A stretch of DNA of 64,000 nucleotides from Octopus sinensis. Its lineage: Eukaryota. Under the pieces are notes generated by a model. That model had not been told where the DNA came from, made no database searches, and was given only the letters and a program-made list of their open reading frames with translations. A program made the position numbers and the translations under genes. Location of the stretch: positions 1-64,000 of the forward strand of contig NC_042998.1 of the NCBI RefSeq assembly GCF_006345805.1, read 5' to 3'. Below are positions 1 to 13,352 of this stretch, piece after piece. Positions within the stretch are counted from its first letter, which is position 1; each line of letters begins with the position of its first letter.

Positions 1-3000
1 TTGTCTAGATGCTCTTATTGTCTGGATGGTCTTATTGTCTGGATGGTCTTATTGTCTGGATGGTCTTATTGTCTTGATGCTCTTATTGTCTGAATGCGCT
101 TATCGTCTGGTTGCTCTTATTGTGTGGATGGTCTTATTATCCTGATGCTCTTATTGTCTGAATGCGCTTATTGTCTGAATGCTCTTATTGTCTGAATGCT
201 CTTATTGTCTGAATGTACTTATTGTCTGGATGCTCTTATTGTCTGTATGCTCTTATTGTCTGGATGCGCTTCTGTCTGGATGGTCTTATTATCTGGTTGC
301 TCTTATTGTCTGTATGCTTTTATTGTCTGGATGCTCTTATTGTCTGTATGCTCTTATTGTTTGTATGCTCTTATTATCTGGATGCTCTTATTGTCTGTAT
401 GCTCTTATTGTCTGGATGCTCTTATTGTCTGGATGCTCTTATTGTCTACAAGCTCTTATTGTTTCGTTGCTCTTATTCTATGCATGCATTTTTTGTTTGC
501 GTACTCTTATTGTCTGTATGCTCTTATTGTCTGCATGCTCCTCTTGTCTGGATGCTCTTATTGTCTGGATGCTCCTACTGTCTGGATGCTCTTATTGTCT
601 GAAGGCACTTATTGTCTGGATGCTCTTATTTTCTGGGTGCTCCTATTGTCTGGATGCTCTTATTCTCTGCATGCTTCTATTGTCTGGATGCTCTTATTGT
701 TTGGATGCTCTTATTGTTTGGATGCTCTTGTTGTCTGGAAGCTCTTATTGTCTGGATGCTCTTATTGTCTGGATGCTCTTATTGTCTGTATGCTCTTATT
801 GTCTGTATGCTCTATTATCTGGATGCTCTTATTGTATGTATGCTTTTATTGTCTGGATGCTCTTATTGTCTGGATGCTCTTATTGTCTGTATTCTCTTAT
901 TGTCTGTATGCTCTTATTATCTGGATGCTCTTATTATCTGGATGCTCTTATTGTCTGTATGCTTTTATTGTCTGGATGCTCTTATTGTCTGTGTGCTCTA
1001 TTGTCTTTATGCTCTTATTGTTTGGATGCTCTTATTGTCTGGACTCTCTTATTGTCTGAATGCTCTTATTGTCTGGATGCTCTTATTGTCTGAATGCACT
1101 TATTGTCTGGATGCTCTTATTGTCTGTATGCTCTTATTTTCTGGATGCTCTTATTGTCTGTATGCTTCTATTGTCTGGATGCTCTTATTGTCTGTATGCT
1201 CTTATTGTCTTTATGCTCTTATTATCTGGATGCTCTTATTGTCTGTATGCTCTTATTGTCTGGATGCTCTTATTGTCTGGATGCTCTTATTGTCTTAAGG
1301 CACTTATTGTCTGGATGCTCTTATTGTCTGGATGCTCTTATTGTCTGTATGCTCTTATTGTCTGGATGCTCTTATTGTCTGAATGCACTTATTGTCTGGA
1401 TGCTCTTATTGTCTGTATGCTCTTATTATCTGGATGCTCTTATTGTATGTATGCTTTTATTGTCTGGATGCTCTTATTGTCTGGATGCTCTTATTGTCTG
1501 GATGCTCTTATTATCTGGATGCTCTTATTGTCTGTATGCTCTTATTGTCTGTATGCTCTTATTATCTGGATGCTCTTATTGTCTGTATGCTCTTATTGTC
1601 TGGATGCTCTTATTCTCTGCATGCTTCTATTGTCTGGATGCTCTTATTTTCTGGATGCTCTTATTCTCTGCATGCTTCTATTGTCTGGATGCTCTTATTG
1701 TCTGTATGCTCTTATTGTCTGCATGCTCCTCTTGTCTGGATGCTCTTATTGTCTGGATGCTCCTACTGTCTGGATGCTCTTATTGTCTGAAGGCACTTAT
1801 TGTCTGGATGCTCTTATTTTCTGGGTGCTCCTATTGTCTGGATGCTCTTATTCTCTGCATGCTTCTATTGTCTGGATGCTCTTATTGTTTGGATGCTCTT
1901 ATTGTTTGGATGCTCTTGTTGTCTGGAAGCTCTTATTGTCTGGACTCTCTTATTGTCTGAATGCACTTATTGTCTGGATGCTCTTATTGTCTGTATGCTC
2001 TTATTATCTGGATGCTCTTATTGTATGTATGCTTTTATTGTCTGGATGCTCTTATTGTCTGGATGCTCTTATTGTCTGTATGCTCTTATTGTCTGTATGC
2101 TCTTATTATCTGGATGCTCTTATTGTCTGTATGCTCTTATTGTCTGGATGCTCTTATTGTCTGGATGCTCTTATTCTCTGCATGCTTCTATTGACTGGAT
2201 GCTCTTATTGTTTGGATGCTCTTATTGTTTGGATGCTCTTGTTGTCTGGAAGCTCTTATTGTCTGGAAGCTCTTATTGTCTGAATGCACTTATTGTCTGG
2301 ATGCTCTTATTGTCTGTATGCTCTTATTTTCTGGATGCTCTTATTGTCTGTATGCTTCTATTATCTGGATGCTCTTATTGTCTGTATGCTCTTATTGTCT
2401 TTATGCTCTTATTATCTGGATGCTCTTATTGTCTGTATGCTCTTATTGTCTGGATGCTCTTATTGTCTGGATGCTCTTATTGTCTTAAGGCACTTATTGT
2501 CTGTATGCTCTTATTGTCTGGATGCTCTTATTGTCTGAATGCACTTATTGTCTGGATGCTCTTATTGTCTGTATGCTCTTATTATCTGGATGCTCTTATT
2601 GTATGTATGCTTTTATTGTCTGGATGCTCTTATTGTCTGGATGCTCTTATTGTCTGTATGCTCTTATTGTCTGTATGCTCTTATTATCTGGATGCTCTTA
2701 TTGTCTGTATGCTCTTATTGTCTGGATGCTCTTATTGTCTGGATGCGTTTATTCTCTGCATGCTTCTATTGTCTGGATGCTCTTATTGTTTGGATGCTCT
2801 TATTGTTTGGATGCTCTTGTTGTCTGGAAGCTCTTATTGTCTGGATGCTCTTATTGTCTGAATGCACTTATTGTCTGGATGCTGTTATTGTCTGTATGCT
2901 CTTATTATCTGGATGCTCTTATTGTCTGTATGCTTTTATTGTCTGAATGCTCTTATTGTCTGTATGCTCTTATTGTCTTTATGCTCTTATTATCTGGATG

Positions 3001-5114
3001 CTCTTATTGTCTGTATTCTCTTATTGTCTGGATGCTCTTATCGTCTGGATGCTCTTATTATCTGGATGCTCTTATTGTCTGTATGCTTTTATTGTCTGGA
3101 TGCTCTTATTGTCTGTGTGCTCTTATTGTCTTTATGCTCTTATTATCTGGATGCTCTTATTGTCTGTATGCTCTTATTGTCTGGATGCTCTTATTGTCTG
3201 GATGCTCTTATTGTCTTAAGGCACTTATTGTCTGGATGCTCTTATTGTCTGGATGCTCTTATTGTCTGTATGCTCTTAATGTCTGGATGCTCTTATTGTC
3301 TGAATGCACTTATGGTCTGGATGCTCTTATTGTCTGTATGCTCTTATTGTCTGGATACTCTTATTGTCTGGATGCTTTTATTGTCTTAAGGCACTTATTG
3401 TCTGGATGCTCTTATTGTCTGGATGCTCTTATTGTCTGTATGCTCTTAATGTCTGGATGCTCTTATTGTCTGAATGCACTTATGGTCTGGATGCTCTTAT
3501 TGTCTGTATGCTCTTATTATCTGGATGCTCTTATTGTATGTATGCTTTTATTGTCTGGATGCTCTTATTGTCTGGATGCTCTTATTGTCTGTATGCTCTT
3601 ATTGTCTGTATGCTCTTATTATCTGGATGCTCTTATTGTCTGTATGCTCTTATTGTCTGGATGCTCTTATTGTCTGGATGCTCTTATTCTCTGCATGCTT
3701 CTATTGTCTGGATGCTCTTATTGTTTGGATGCTCTTATTGTTTGGATGCTCTTGTTGTCTGGACGCTGTTATTGTCTGGATGCTGTTATTGTCTGTATGC
3801 TCTTATTATCTGGATGCTCTTATTGTCTGTATGCTTTTATTGTCTGGATGCTCTTATTGTCTGTATGCTCTTATTGTCTTTATGCTCTTATTATCTGGAT
3901 GCTCTTATTGTCTGTATGCTCTTATTGTCTGGATGTTCTTATTGTCTGGATGCTTTTATTGTCTTAAGGCACTTATTGTCTGGATGCTCTTATTGTCTGG
4001 ATGCTCTTATTCTCTGCATGCATTTATTGTTTGCGTACTCTTATTGTCTCGTTACACTTATTGTTTGGATGCTCTTATTGTCTGGAAGCTCTTATTGTCT
4101 GTATGCTTTTATTGTCTGTATGCTTGTATTGTCTGTATGCTCTTATTGTCTGTATGCTCTTATTATCTGGATGCTCTTATTGTCTCTATGCTCTTATTGT
4201 CTGGATGCTCTTATTGTCTGGATGCTCTTATCGTTTGTTTGCTCTTATTGTCTCGTTGCACTTATTGTATGTATGCTCTTATTGTCTGCATGCTCCTATT
4301 GTGTGGATGCTCTTATTGTCTGGATGCTCCTATTGTCTGTATGCTCTTGTTGTCTCTATGCTCTTATTGTCTGGATGCTCTTATTGTCTGGATGCTCTTA
4401 TCGTTTGTTTGCTCTTATTGTCTCGTTGCACTTATTGTATGTATGCTCTTATTGTCTGCATGCTCCTATTGTGTGGATGCTCTTATTGTCTGGATGCTCC
4501 TATTGTCTGTATGCTCTTGTTGTCTTAAGGCACTTATTGTCTGGATGCTCTTATTGTCTGGATGCTCTTATTCTCTGCATGCTTCTATTGTCTTGGTGCT
4601 CTTATTGTTTGGATGCTCTTATTGTTTGGATGCTCTTGTTGTCTGGAAGCTCTTATTGTCTGGATGCTCTTATTGTCTGTATGCTCTTATTGTCTACAAG
4701 CTCTTATTGTTTTGTTGCTCTTATTCTCTGCATGCATTTATTGTTTGCGTACTCTTATTGTCTAATTGCACTTATTGTCTGTATGCTCTTATTGTCTGCA
4801 TGCTCCTATTGTCTGGATGCTTTTATTGTCTGGATGCTCCTATTGTCTGGATGCTCTTATTGTCTGAAGGCACTTATTGTCTGGATGCTCTTATTGTCTG
4901 GATGCTCCTATTGTCTGGATGCTCTTATTCTCTGCATGCTTCTATTCTGTGGATGCTCTTATTGTTTGGATGTTCTTATTATTTGGATGCTCTTGTTGCC
5001 TGGAAGCTCTTATTGTCTGCATGCTTTTATTGTTTGCGTACTCTTATTGTCTAGATGCTCCTATTGTTTTTATACTTTCATTGTCTGTATGCCCTTATTG
5101 TATGGATGCTCTTA
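1..5114. repeat. 17-bp minisatellite, consensus GATGCTCTTATTGTCTG, about 300 variant units, runs off the window start
   Basis: Unit read directly. The 17-aa period MLLLSGCSYCLDALIVW in all three + frames equals 3 x 17 bp. The array ends at ...GGATGCTCTTA 5114. Confidence 0.97.
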
Positions 5115-5399
5115 CATCTCTTATGTTGCAGAGCAATATCTCAGCTGCCTTTTCACAAATGTTTATGATATCACCAAACGATACTACCTAACTAGGTGAA
5201 CGCAGCATGTTCATGGAGTTCTATTAATGAAATTTTAGAATTCACAAGTTGGTTTGATGAAATTGTGGGATACCACTGTTGCAACTTCCGGCGCAACTTT
5301 CTCTCAGGTTTTCTCATAGCCGAAACTTTATGTTAACTCTGGAAATTTTTCTAAATATGCATAAACATTGCCAAACGAGATTCTACCGTTTTTGGTAAA

Positions 5400-7040
5400 A
5401 ATACTCAACAGAAGAAGAGCAGTAACCATCATCTTTAAGGCCTCCCACTCTGGTGACGTTGAGGTGGTTGATGTTCAGTTTGAACATATCTAGAAGAATG
5501 TTCTAGAAGATTGACATAGGTGCTTAGTGCGGAGATTGGAAGGCGAGACACATTATAGGTGACAGTTGGAGTAGAGACCAGAATAATGTGTGGGCTTTCG
5601 TGGAGAGGCAGTATAAATACCTATTTCGAAGGTGAAGTTGTTATTGTAGTCGCGGCAGGAGAGATTAAGAGAAGACACAGCACGTATGTGTGCAATTAGT
5701 TTAAGCATGTTGGGTGATTGAAGCTTTGCTTATCAGTTGAATAGTCTTTCGTTGGATGCAGTAGGTCAAGGACTTTACGGTATGTAGCAAGAACAACGTC
5801 TCAGATATGTGTGCAATAATCCAATGTGGCTCTTATTTAAGCATTGAAGAAAGTGAACAATTGAGAGGGTTGAAATATTCTCTGACTGTAAACAGAAGTC
5901 CTACTTTTTGAGCCAAAGTTTTGGCACCATTGTATATCTGGAGGATGTCATAAAGATTATGAAGAGATTGTAAGGCTTTTGAATAGGGAGAGTGAGATAC
6001 AAGACTGGCCCCGTGATGCCTAGTGATTGTGCTTTTGTGCCATTGAAGGCAACTGGGTAGTCATGCCTCTACTGAATATTACATGGTCTCTATTACAGAT
6101 GTTGCCTGTATGTCGAAAATTCAAGAGTGAAGGAATAGACAACGACTTACATATGTTTAGATTGAACATCATTTGATTAAGGATGTGTTGTGTTAGAGGT
6201 GACAGTAAGGAGGTCGTTAATAGATATAAAAAAAAGAGGGAAAGACATTACCTAATCTTGCAATAGATCAGCATTCATAGGATGTGAATACGAAAGAGTC
6301 TTGCGGGTACACGTTGTGCCATGGTGCATTATGACAAGGAGCTTCCGACCCAAGAAATGAAAACTGGATGAACACCATAAACAGATAACTTAAGCAGGTT
6401 TTCATAGTAGACCCAGCATTGTTTTCATCAAAGTTCTCCCGGACGAGAAATCGCCGGTGATTAATATAGGGAGACTAAGGAAGGAAAGAGAGACTCCAAG
6501 TGATGCAGAATGTGAGTAATAACTCTTCTTCCATCATCCTTTGTGATGATGGAAGTTGTTTTTGGTGCAGATCCTGAAACTATGATCCTCCTGACAATCT
6601 GATGTGTTTTTTAATGGTTTGACTGTAAGAAGATTTCTTGCCATTTCCAGCCGTTTGAACGATCGTATGGTGCAGCGTTTCTCAACCCTTTTTTGTCTGT
6701 GAACCCCATTGATTCCTCTTTTACCCTCATAACCATTCGATGTTTAAAAAATCTTATTATATTTTTATAATTAAATATTATAAGGAATAGTATTAAAAAT
6801 TGTTACAATGTTTTGTGTATTGCATAAGTAAAAACAATCCATTGTGCATAAATTTTAGCAATAAAATCTTACATGTGCTGCCAAGGGTCATATGGAATCT
6901 GGTTAAGAACCACTGATATAACGTTGACTTGGATTGGAAGAGTTTTATCACGCGATAACTGTGTATGTCGTAGTGAGGTTAGAGAAGTGGACACAGTTGA
7001 GCAGAGTTGGGTACATGCAATGTGGAGCTAGCTGATAAGT
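5400..7040 (-). mobile_element. Decayed CR1/Jockey-group LINE reverse transcriptase region
   Basis: Minus-strand translation gives broken RT blocks YENLLKLSVYGVHPVFISW, LFFISINDLLTVTSN and LIAHIRAVSSLNL, with many stops and frameshifts. It is interrupted by the MITE at 6673-6915. Confidence 0.7.
6673..6915. mobile_element. hAT (Charlie-type) MITE
   Basis: Ends CAGCGTTTCTCAAC ... GTTAAGAACCACTG (11/14 inverted match, CAG..CTG termini). The 8-bp flanks GTATGGTG/ATATAACG match only 4/8. Confidence 0.7.
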
Positions 7041-7061
7041 AAATGCAAATATGAAAAGTTT

Positions 7062-7291
7062 TCTATTTCTTTATTGTCCACAAAGGGGCTAAACATAGAG
7101 GAGACAAACAAGGACAGACAAAGAGATTAAGTCGATTACATCGACCACAGTGCGTAACTGATACTTAATTTATCGACCCCGAAAGGATGAAAAGCAAAGT
7201 CGACTTCGGCGGAATTTGAACTCACAACGTAACGGCAGACGAAATACCGCTAAGCATTTCGCCCGTGCTAACGTTTCTGCCAGCTCACCGC
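7062..7291 (-). mobile_element. tRNA-derived SINE, OK-like octopus family
   Basis: Reverse complement begins GCGGTGAGCTGGCAGAAACGTTAGCAC, has a B-box GTGAGTTCAAATTCC and the core GTCGACTTTGCTTTTCATCCTTTCGGGGTCGATAAATTAAGT. Many copies occur in the window. Confidence 0.9.
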
Positions 7292-8231
7292 AAATATGAA
7301 AAGTTTTCATCAGGAGTATTGCTATCAGAATCTTCTTTATCGAGAAGTAGTGGGTGTATTCCATAAAGTTCATAGGAAACCTTTTTTGCAAGGAATAAAA
7401 GCAAGCTGGGGATAATTTTGTAGGCGTGAGAGCTTGCATGCAAAAGGCATAGACATACTTTGCTATTCTTGTGTCATTTCCCGTAGACCGCTATTGTTCT
7501 TGAGAGAACACGGGCATTTGTACATTCCATTCCTTTGTTTTTGCAAATGTGTGGTCTTTTTAATGTATTCTATATTCTTAAGAACGGCAGGAGCGAGCTT
7601 TGTAACAAAAAAAAAGCGAGTCAAACGAGAGAGATCGTTTCAGTAGAGAATATTTTATTTGATCTGTACCATTAATGCAAATGAGAAAATCACGAACTCC
7701 ACAGTATCACATTTCCGTTTATCCTACGCAAATGAAATCGTTAAACACTTGTTTTAAGGCTCAAGACCAAGAAAGTAGCACAAGAGAGACTTAGTCATCT
7801 GAATCGACCCAAATATATCACTGGTAATAATTCTATTGGCTCCTGGAGAACGAAAGGCGGGTTGTGTGTAAGTAACTAATCGTAACAGCCTCAATTCAGA
7901 ACATTGGCAGCCGCCATGGTTTTTGTTATTCATAAATGATTTGTAATTCAGACGTTGAGTTTTGTGTTAAGTAAATCTTCTCACATAAATATTGACAGGG
8001 TTTTAGTAACATTTGCTGCGACAATTACAGTTGCAGTTGTACGAATGTGGAATAGGCAACGTTAGCGTTTGTTAAAATATTCAAAGAAAAGCATAAACAC
8101 AGCTTCTGTTCTGACAAGATATTCTCACCCTGGACTTAAAAGAAGGAAAAAGCATTGGGATTCGAGGGAGGTAGCTTTACTAATGGTGCTTCGTGGTGGT
8201 AGAGACAGCTGGGGCAGCACAACAATGGCGA

Positions 8232-8350
8232 TGTATGTATGTATGTATGTATGTATGTATGTATGTATGTATGTATGTATGTATGTATGTATGTATGTAT
8301 GTATGTATGTATGTATGTATGTATGTATGTATGTATGTATGTATGTATGT
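8232..8350. repeat. (TATG)n microsatellite
   Basis: Pure tetranucleotide run; it explains the MYVC/IHTY ORFs. Confidence 0.98.
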
Positions 8351-8988
8351 GTATGTGTATATGCATGTGTATGTGTGTGTGTATACGTGTGTCTGATTTA
8401 TGTATGTATTTATGTATGTGATTGTAAAAATGTCCGATTTGTCTACAGCATTCATAAGTATATATTGATGTAAATATTTAAGTATGCATATATGCTTATG
8501 CATGTGTGCTTGTGCGCATGAATACACACATACACTCTCTCACACACATATATAGACATTCAAACACTTATATTTGTGTGTATATATATGCGTGTGCTTG
8601 TGTAAGAAGGTATGTATGCATGCATACATGTATGCATACAATCATGCATACATGAATTGATACACACATCTAATCATACACGCATTCATACACACATTCA
8701 TACATACATTTATACTTGATCATGTGCATTGAGTTAAATATATATAATAATATGATATAATACGTTATAAAATAAAACATCGCTACTTTATGATATAGAC
8801 ACTGTAACAAGTTTAGTAGGAGGGCTTAAATCAGCCTCAATATCAATACCATGTACTCAGATCACCTCGAAACGAAATGAATCGCCGATCTGGGACTCAT
8901 ATGCAAATAGAGTGAAGTCTGTTTGTTGATGTGCTGTGGCGCAGCTTTTAATTCGCAATATAACACACACACACACACCACACGCACC

Positions 8989-9073
<85 letters not shown>

Positions 9074-10820
9074 GTAGCACTTCTGTCTGAGGAAGTGTCC
9101 GGTCTTAATTATGCATGCTGCACTCAAGATGCATCTATGGATTGCATTTATAATGTGGTATCATTTAATTATCGAATTTTGAAACATACGTAGTGAATGT
9201 AATAAAGGAATGCAAAAATACAGGCGCATCTTTACTATTAGTCTCAAGATTTCTTCAAGCTGCACTCCTGGCAGCATTAGCTTAAATTCATCTGTTTCTA
9301 CCGCCCTCAGAGTACACCTGATTTTAGCAGCTGAATACGTTGACGTTTGGTTTCGTCTTTTCGGTAACATAATTGATGAAAACAGTTTATTGAAAAATTT
9401 AACTTTAAGCGAATGTTGTTTTCTGATTTACCATGGATGAAAAATTTTTTAGAAAAAAACAAGAAAGAAAGATCAACAAGCTACGATGTTCTAGAATATA
9501 ATCATGACTGTCTACTTCTGACGTGTGGCTATAAATTGTAAAAGCGTGATCTCAAGAAATATAAGATTATAAGAAATTGACTGACAGCACGAATGGAAAT
9601 GTGTACAAAGAGTGTTTTTTCAGAGATATTTTTTCTCGGCAAAATCGGGATAACGGTGGTCTGTCTTAGAAATGGGTCCCACGAGGTGGAGTGACCGTTG
9701 CAGCGAGTGCCGTTGGCCATTTTTTGCGGCAACGCCATCGCGAGGCTCGGCTGAGCACGCAATTTGTTCGGGGGGGGGGCATTTCCCCCTCCCACTCCAC
9801 CTTCTGCTGCTCTGCACCCCCCCCTTTTTTTCTGTTTCTGTTTCTTTGTTTCTTTGTAATTAAATCGTGATTTAAAAAAATATTAGCGATTATCTTAAAT
9901 GAAATTATAAAAATAAAAACATTTTTTAAAAGATAAAATAACTTTTGATGTCAGACGTACAAAGACGGTGGTAAATTAATTTATGATTAGCAATTAGCGT
10001 TGTGTGTGTGTGTGTGTGAGTGAGAGAGAGAGAGAGACAGAGAGAAAGAGAAAGAGAGAGATAGAGAGAGAGAGAAAGAGAAGGAGAGAGACAGAGAGAA
10101 AGAGAAAGAGAGAGAGAGAGAGGGAGAGAGCATTTTATTATTGAAAAATAATAAAGAATGGGAAAATGGAATCATAAAGAGCCAGAGGGGAAGTAGCATG
10201 GAGGAACAAAAGATTCTTACACAAAAATGACAGTAGGGAAGACACTCGGACATATATACACATAAACTTTACACACACACGCGCACACACACATACTCTC
10301 ACACACACACCCTTGAATTGTGTTTTTGAAGTACCTAAAATGTCGAAAAGCTGGTAGAAACGAGAGCGCGCTGACCAAAATCTCATATAGTGTTACCTTA
10401 TATCCTTTTACTTTTTCTCATTCTTTTATTTTTATTGTATTTCTTCTGATGAATGACTTGCATCCGAAATGTCAATACAGGCTCTTTCTTTTCTTTTTAA
10501 GCGTTAAACAAATGCATTTGTAACCTTATTTTGCATGTTCAAATGCCGGTCGGGGACCAGCCGATTTTAATTTTCCTATTCGTTAAATAAACAGAATAAA
10601 TATCAGTATATATTCATACCGATTCCACCAATTATAGCTTCTTTCTTTGCACCCTTACCGTTTCCTCCTTAAGTAAAAAGCGAAACTATGAATAATGAAA
10701 AGAAATACAATTTACTAACATTGCCTTTACATTTTTATGAAATAAGCTGATACCAATCTGAGAAACCTTATCAATACTTCATATATCCATTTTAGTTCTC
10801 TCTCAAACAGATGAGAACGA

Positions 10821-10821
<1 letters not shown>

Positions 10822-10882
<61 letters not shown>

Positions 10883-11490
10883 AATTATTGTATACAGTGC
10901 TCAGGTGCACCACAACTTGTCAAAAGTGCGTATAAAGCATATGCAGTAATGTACAAATGTCTGGGAAGTGAACAGTGTATGAGTCAGATAGATGCTTGCG
11001 TGTGTATGGAGGGGAGAAAATCAGGTGTAGTGTTGGCGAATCTCAGGAAGCATGGAGGTTTTGAAGGATGCAGTGCTCCGACAACTAACAACTGATGCCG
11101 GTAGTTTGTTCCATGCTTCAGCAACTCTTAGCGTGAAAAAATGTTTCCAAAAGTCATGGGAGCTGTGCTGTATTCTGACTTTGTAAACATGTCCACGGGT
11201 GTTAGACAAGTGGAGTTTGAAAAGGTGCTAAGAGTTATTGTTAGTAAGATGGTTAATAATTTTATGGGTGTCTGCCAAGCCAGCTGCCATACGTCGGAGT
11301 TTCAATGTATCCATGCCCAGGGAAGTAAGGCGTTCAGAATATGGCAAATGCCTGATGGAGGTTATTCTCTTGGTTGCCCGTCGCTGAACGGTTTCCAGAC
11401 GATTAATATCCTGGGCAAGATAGGGGTTCCAGACCAGTGATGCAAATTCCAGGTGAGGCCGCATCATAGCTATATAAAGCCTCATCGGTA
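10822..11490 (-). mobile_element. CR1-group LINE 3' fragment with (ATT)n tail
   Basis: ORFs 11228-11485 (RPHLEFASLVWNPY...LETVQRRATK) and 11021-11209 (TRGH...FFTLRVAEAWNKLP) are the typical post-RT C-terminus. The 3' UTR runs into (TAA)n at 10822-10880. Confidence 0.9.
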
Positions 11491-11910
11491 GTTAGAGACG
11501 AATCTATACAATTTCAATTATAATTCAAAATTTCACAATTTCAATTATAATTCAAAATTCCCGAGTACAATGCAGTTTCCATTAATCGTTGTTGGGTGCT
11601 TATAACAAATTCTAATGTTAGAGCTGGCTAGCAGCAACGGTCATGGTATTTATTTTAGATGTATAATCTTGGTGTTCTCATATGATTGAGGAGAAGTATG
11701 CAGTTTATAAGAAACTGCGCTTATTAGAAAACCCGCTTATTTTTATTTTCATTTATTGACTTATTTTTAAAATTTTGGTTTCAAGGCGTTTCAGTAGCCT
11801 TAGAAAGTTCGAATATTTTATCGTGTTTTTTTTTTACATTTATTGAATCTCAGCTTATTAATTGCGCAATTTCATTTTACGTAATCCGCGCAAAGGAATC
11901 GCATAATTCG

Positions 11911-11979
<69 letters not shown>

Positions 11980-12708
11980 GTGTGTGTGTATGCATGTATG
12001 TATGTATGTATGTATGTAATTTCCAGCCGAGGGTCATAATTTCGGGAAGATTAATTATATAGAATTCAGAAAACAAGAGGAAGTAATTTAGAAAAATGAC
12101 ATTCAGGCAATCTATTGTTTTTAACCTTCGCATGTGGCTGTTGTTCGAGAAAACTTCCCAAAACTGAATTGAATGGTCGATCATCCCACAAATAAGTGAC
12201 GAAAAATAAGAAGACTTAAGACTGAAATCAATAGAGAGAAAGGAAGAGAGAGAGAGGGGGGAGAGGGGGAGGGAGAGGGAGAAAGAGAATGAGTGAAATA
12301 GAGTTAGAGAGTGAGAGAAACAAATAGAGGGGGAAAAGCCATCAGATTTATCCGTTAAATTATGTTGGCGCATATGTTATGCTTTGTTGGTGCATTGCAC
12401 TTTCGCCTAAACACTTTTGTAATGAATATCAAGTAGGAAATGAAGGGAATATCCAAAGAATAATGTTTTAAGCTTCAACAAGGATGCTTTTTTTTTTGAA
12501 ACTTTGATTTGGAAAAGACAATTGTTAAATTAAAACGAACAGTAAAAAATGCATTATTATTGCTTTCAGTTCTCTTCTAATAACTTCGACCAAGTCTAGA
12601 AGGAACGGAACACTCCCCTCCACCCAGCCAACCAGAAAGACGCAGGTAGGTGAAGGAACCACGATTCGGTCGATAAAACGTTAGAAATAGCAGTCAAATT
12701 CCCCCTAA

Positions 12709-12760
<52 letters not shown>

Positions 12761-12921
12761 ATATAAAAAGGATGACCTGTAAGTGGACATCCATTATGCT
12801 AGAAGAAGATCCGCTATGATCTTACCACTAAGAAAGGAATGTTCTCAAGAAAAATTTAGCAAACGTCAGAACGTAATCGAGCAAGACAAATGAAAACATA
12901 CAAAATATAGATTAATCACAA

Positions 12922-13352
12922 ACCACTGGCGCCGACGTGTGTGTGCAAGGCAGTCACAGACTGGCTGAAGGAGGCCGACCTGGTCATCTCTCGCATGTGC
13001 GGCATCACGATTGACAGAGCGCCCGCCATGGTCGGGGACAAGAAGGGCTTTTGCGACGCTTCTTTTGAAGTATCTGCGTAGCTTTGAACACCAGCAGGAG
13101 GTCATGACTGTCGTCGTCAGGGTTGTGAACTTTGTTTTGCACCCGTGCTCTCAACCACAGACAGTTCCGCGTTCTCTTGGATGACGCTGAGGCAGAGTTC
13201 GGCGACCTGATCTACTTCTGCGAGGTCCGTTGGCTCAGCCGGGGAAAGATGCTGGAGAGTCTTCAACCTGAGGGATGAGCTGGCGTCTTTCTAGGGCGAG
13301 AGAAGGGCAATCCTGTCCCTCAGTTCGAGGATCCCGCATGGGTGTGTGATTT
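12922..13352 (+). mobile_element. hAT transposase fragment, SPIN/Buster/GTF2IRD2-like, frameshifted
   Basis: Spliced frames give TTGADV/CKAVTDWL...GITIDRAPAMVGDKKGF, VVRVVNFV, RALNHRQFRVLLDDAEAEFGDLIYFCEVRWLSRGKMLE and EKGNPVPQFEDPAWVCDF. Confidence 0.9.

Noticed and set aside
179-5199. Long Cys/Leu-rich ORFs (up to 631 aa)
   Set aside because: They are a by-product of a stop-free 17-bp repeat. All three frames give the same peptide, and variants create stops and frame changes freely.
10436-10478. CUGAUGA...GAAAUGUC hammerhead-like motif
   Set aside because: Helix II has only about 3 bp and helix I pairs only with a 4-nt offset; at best a decayed copy.
10659-10685. 27-nt minus-strand microexon candidate (polypyrimidine-CATAG / ACG|GTAAGG)
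   Set aside because: Such signals arise by chance in AT-rich DNA and there is no host gene to attach it to.
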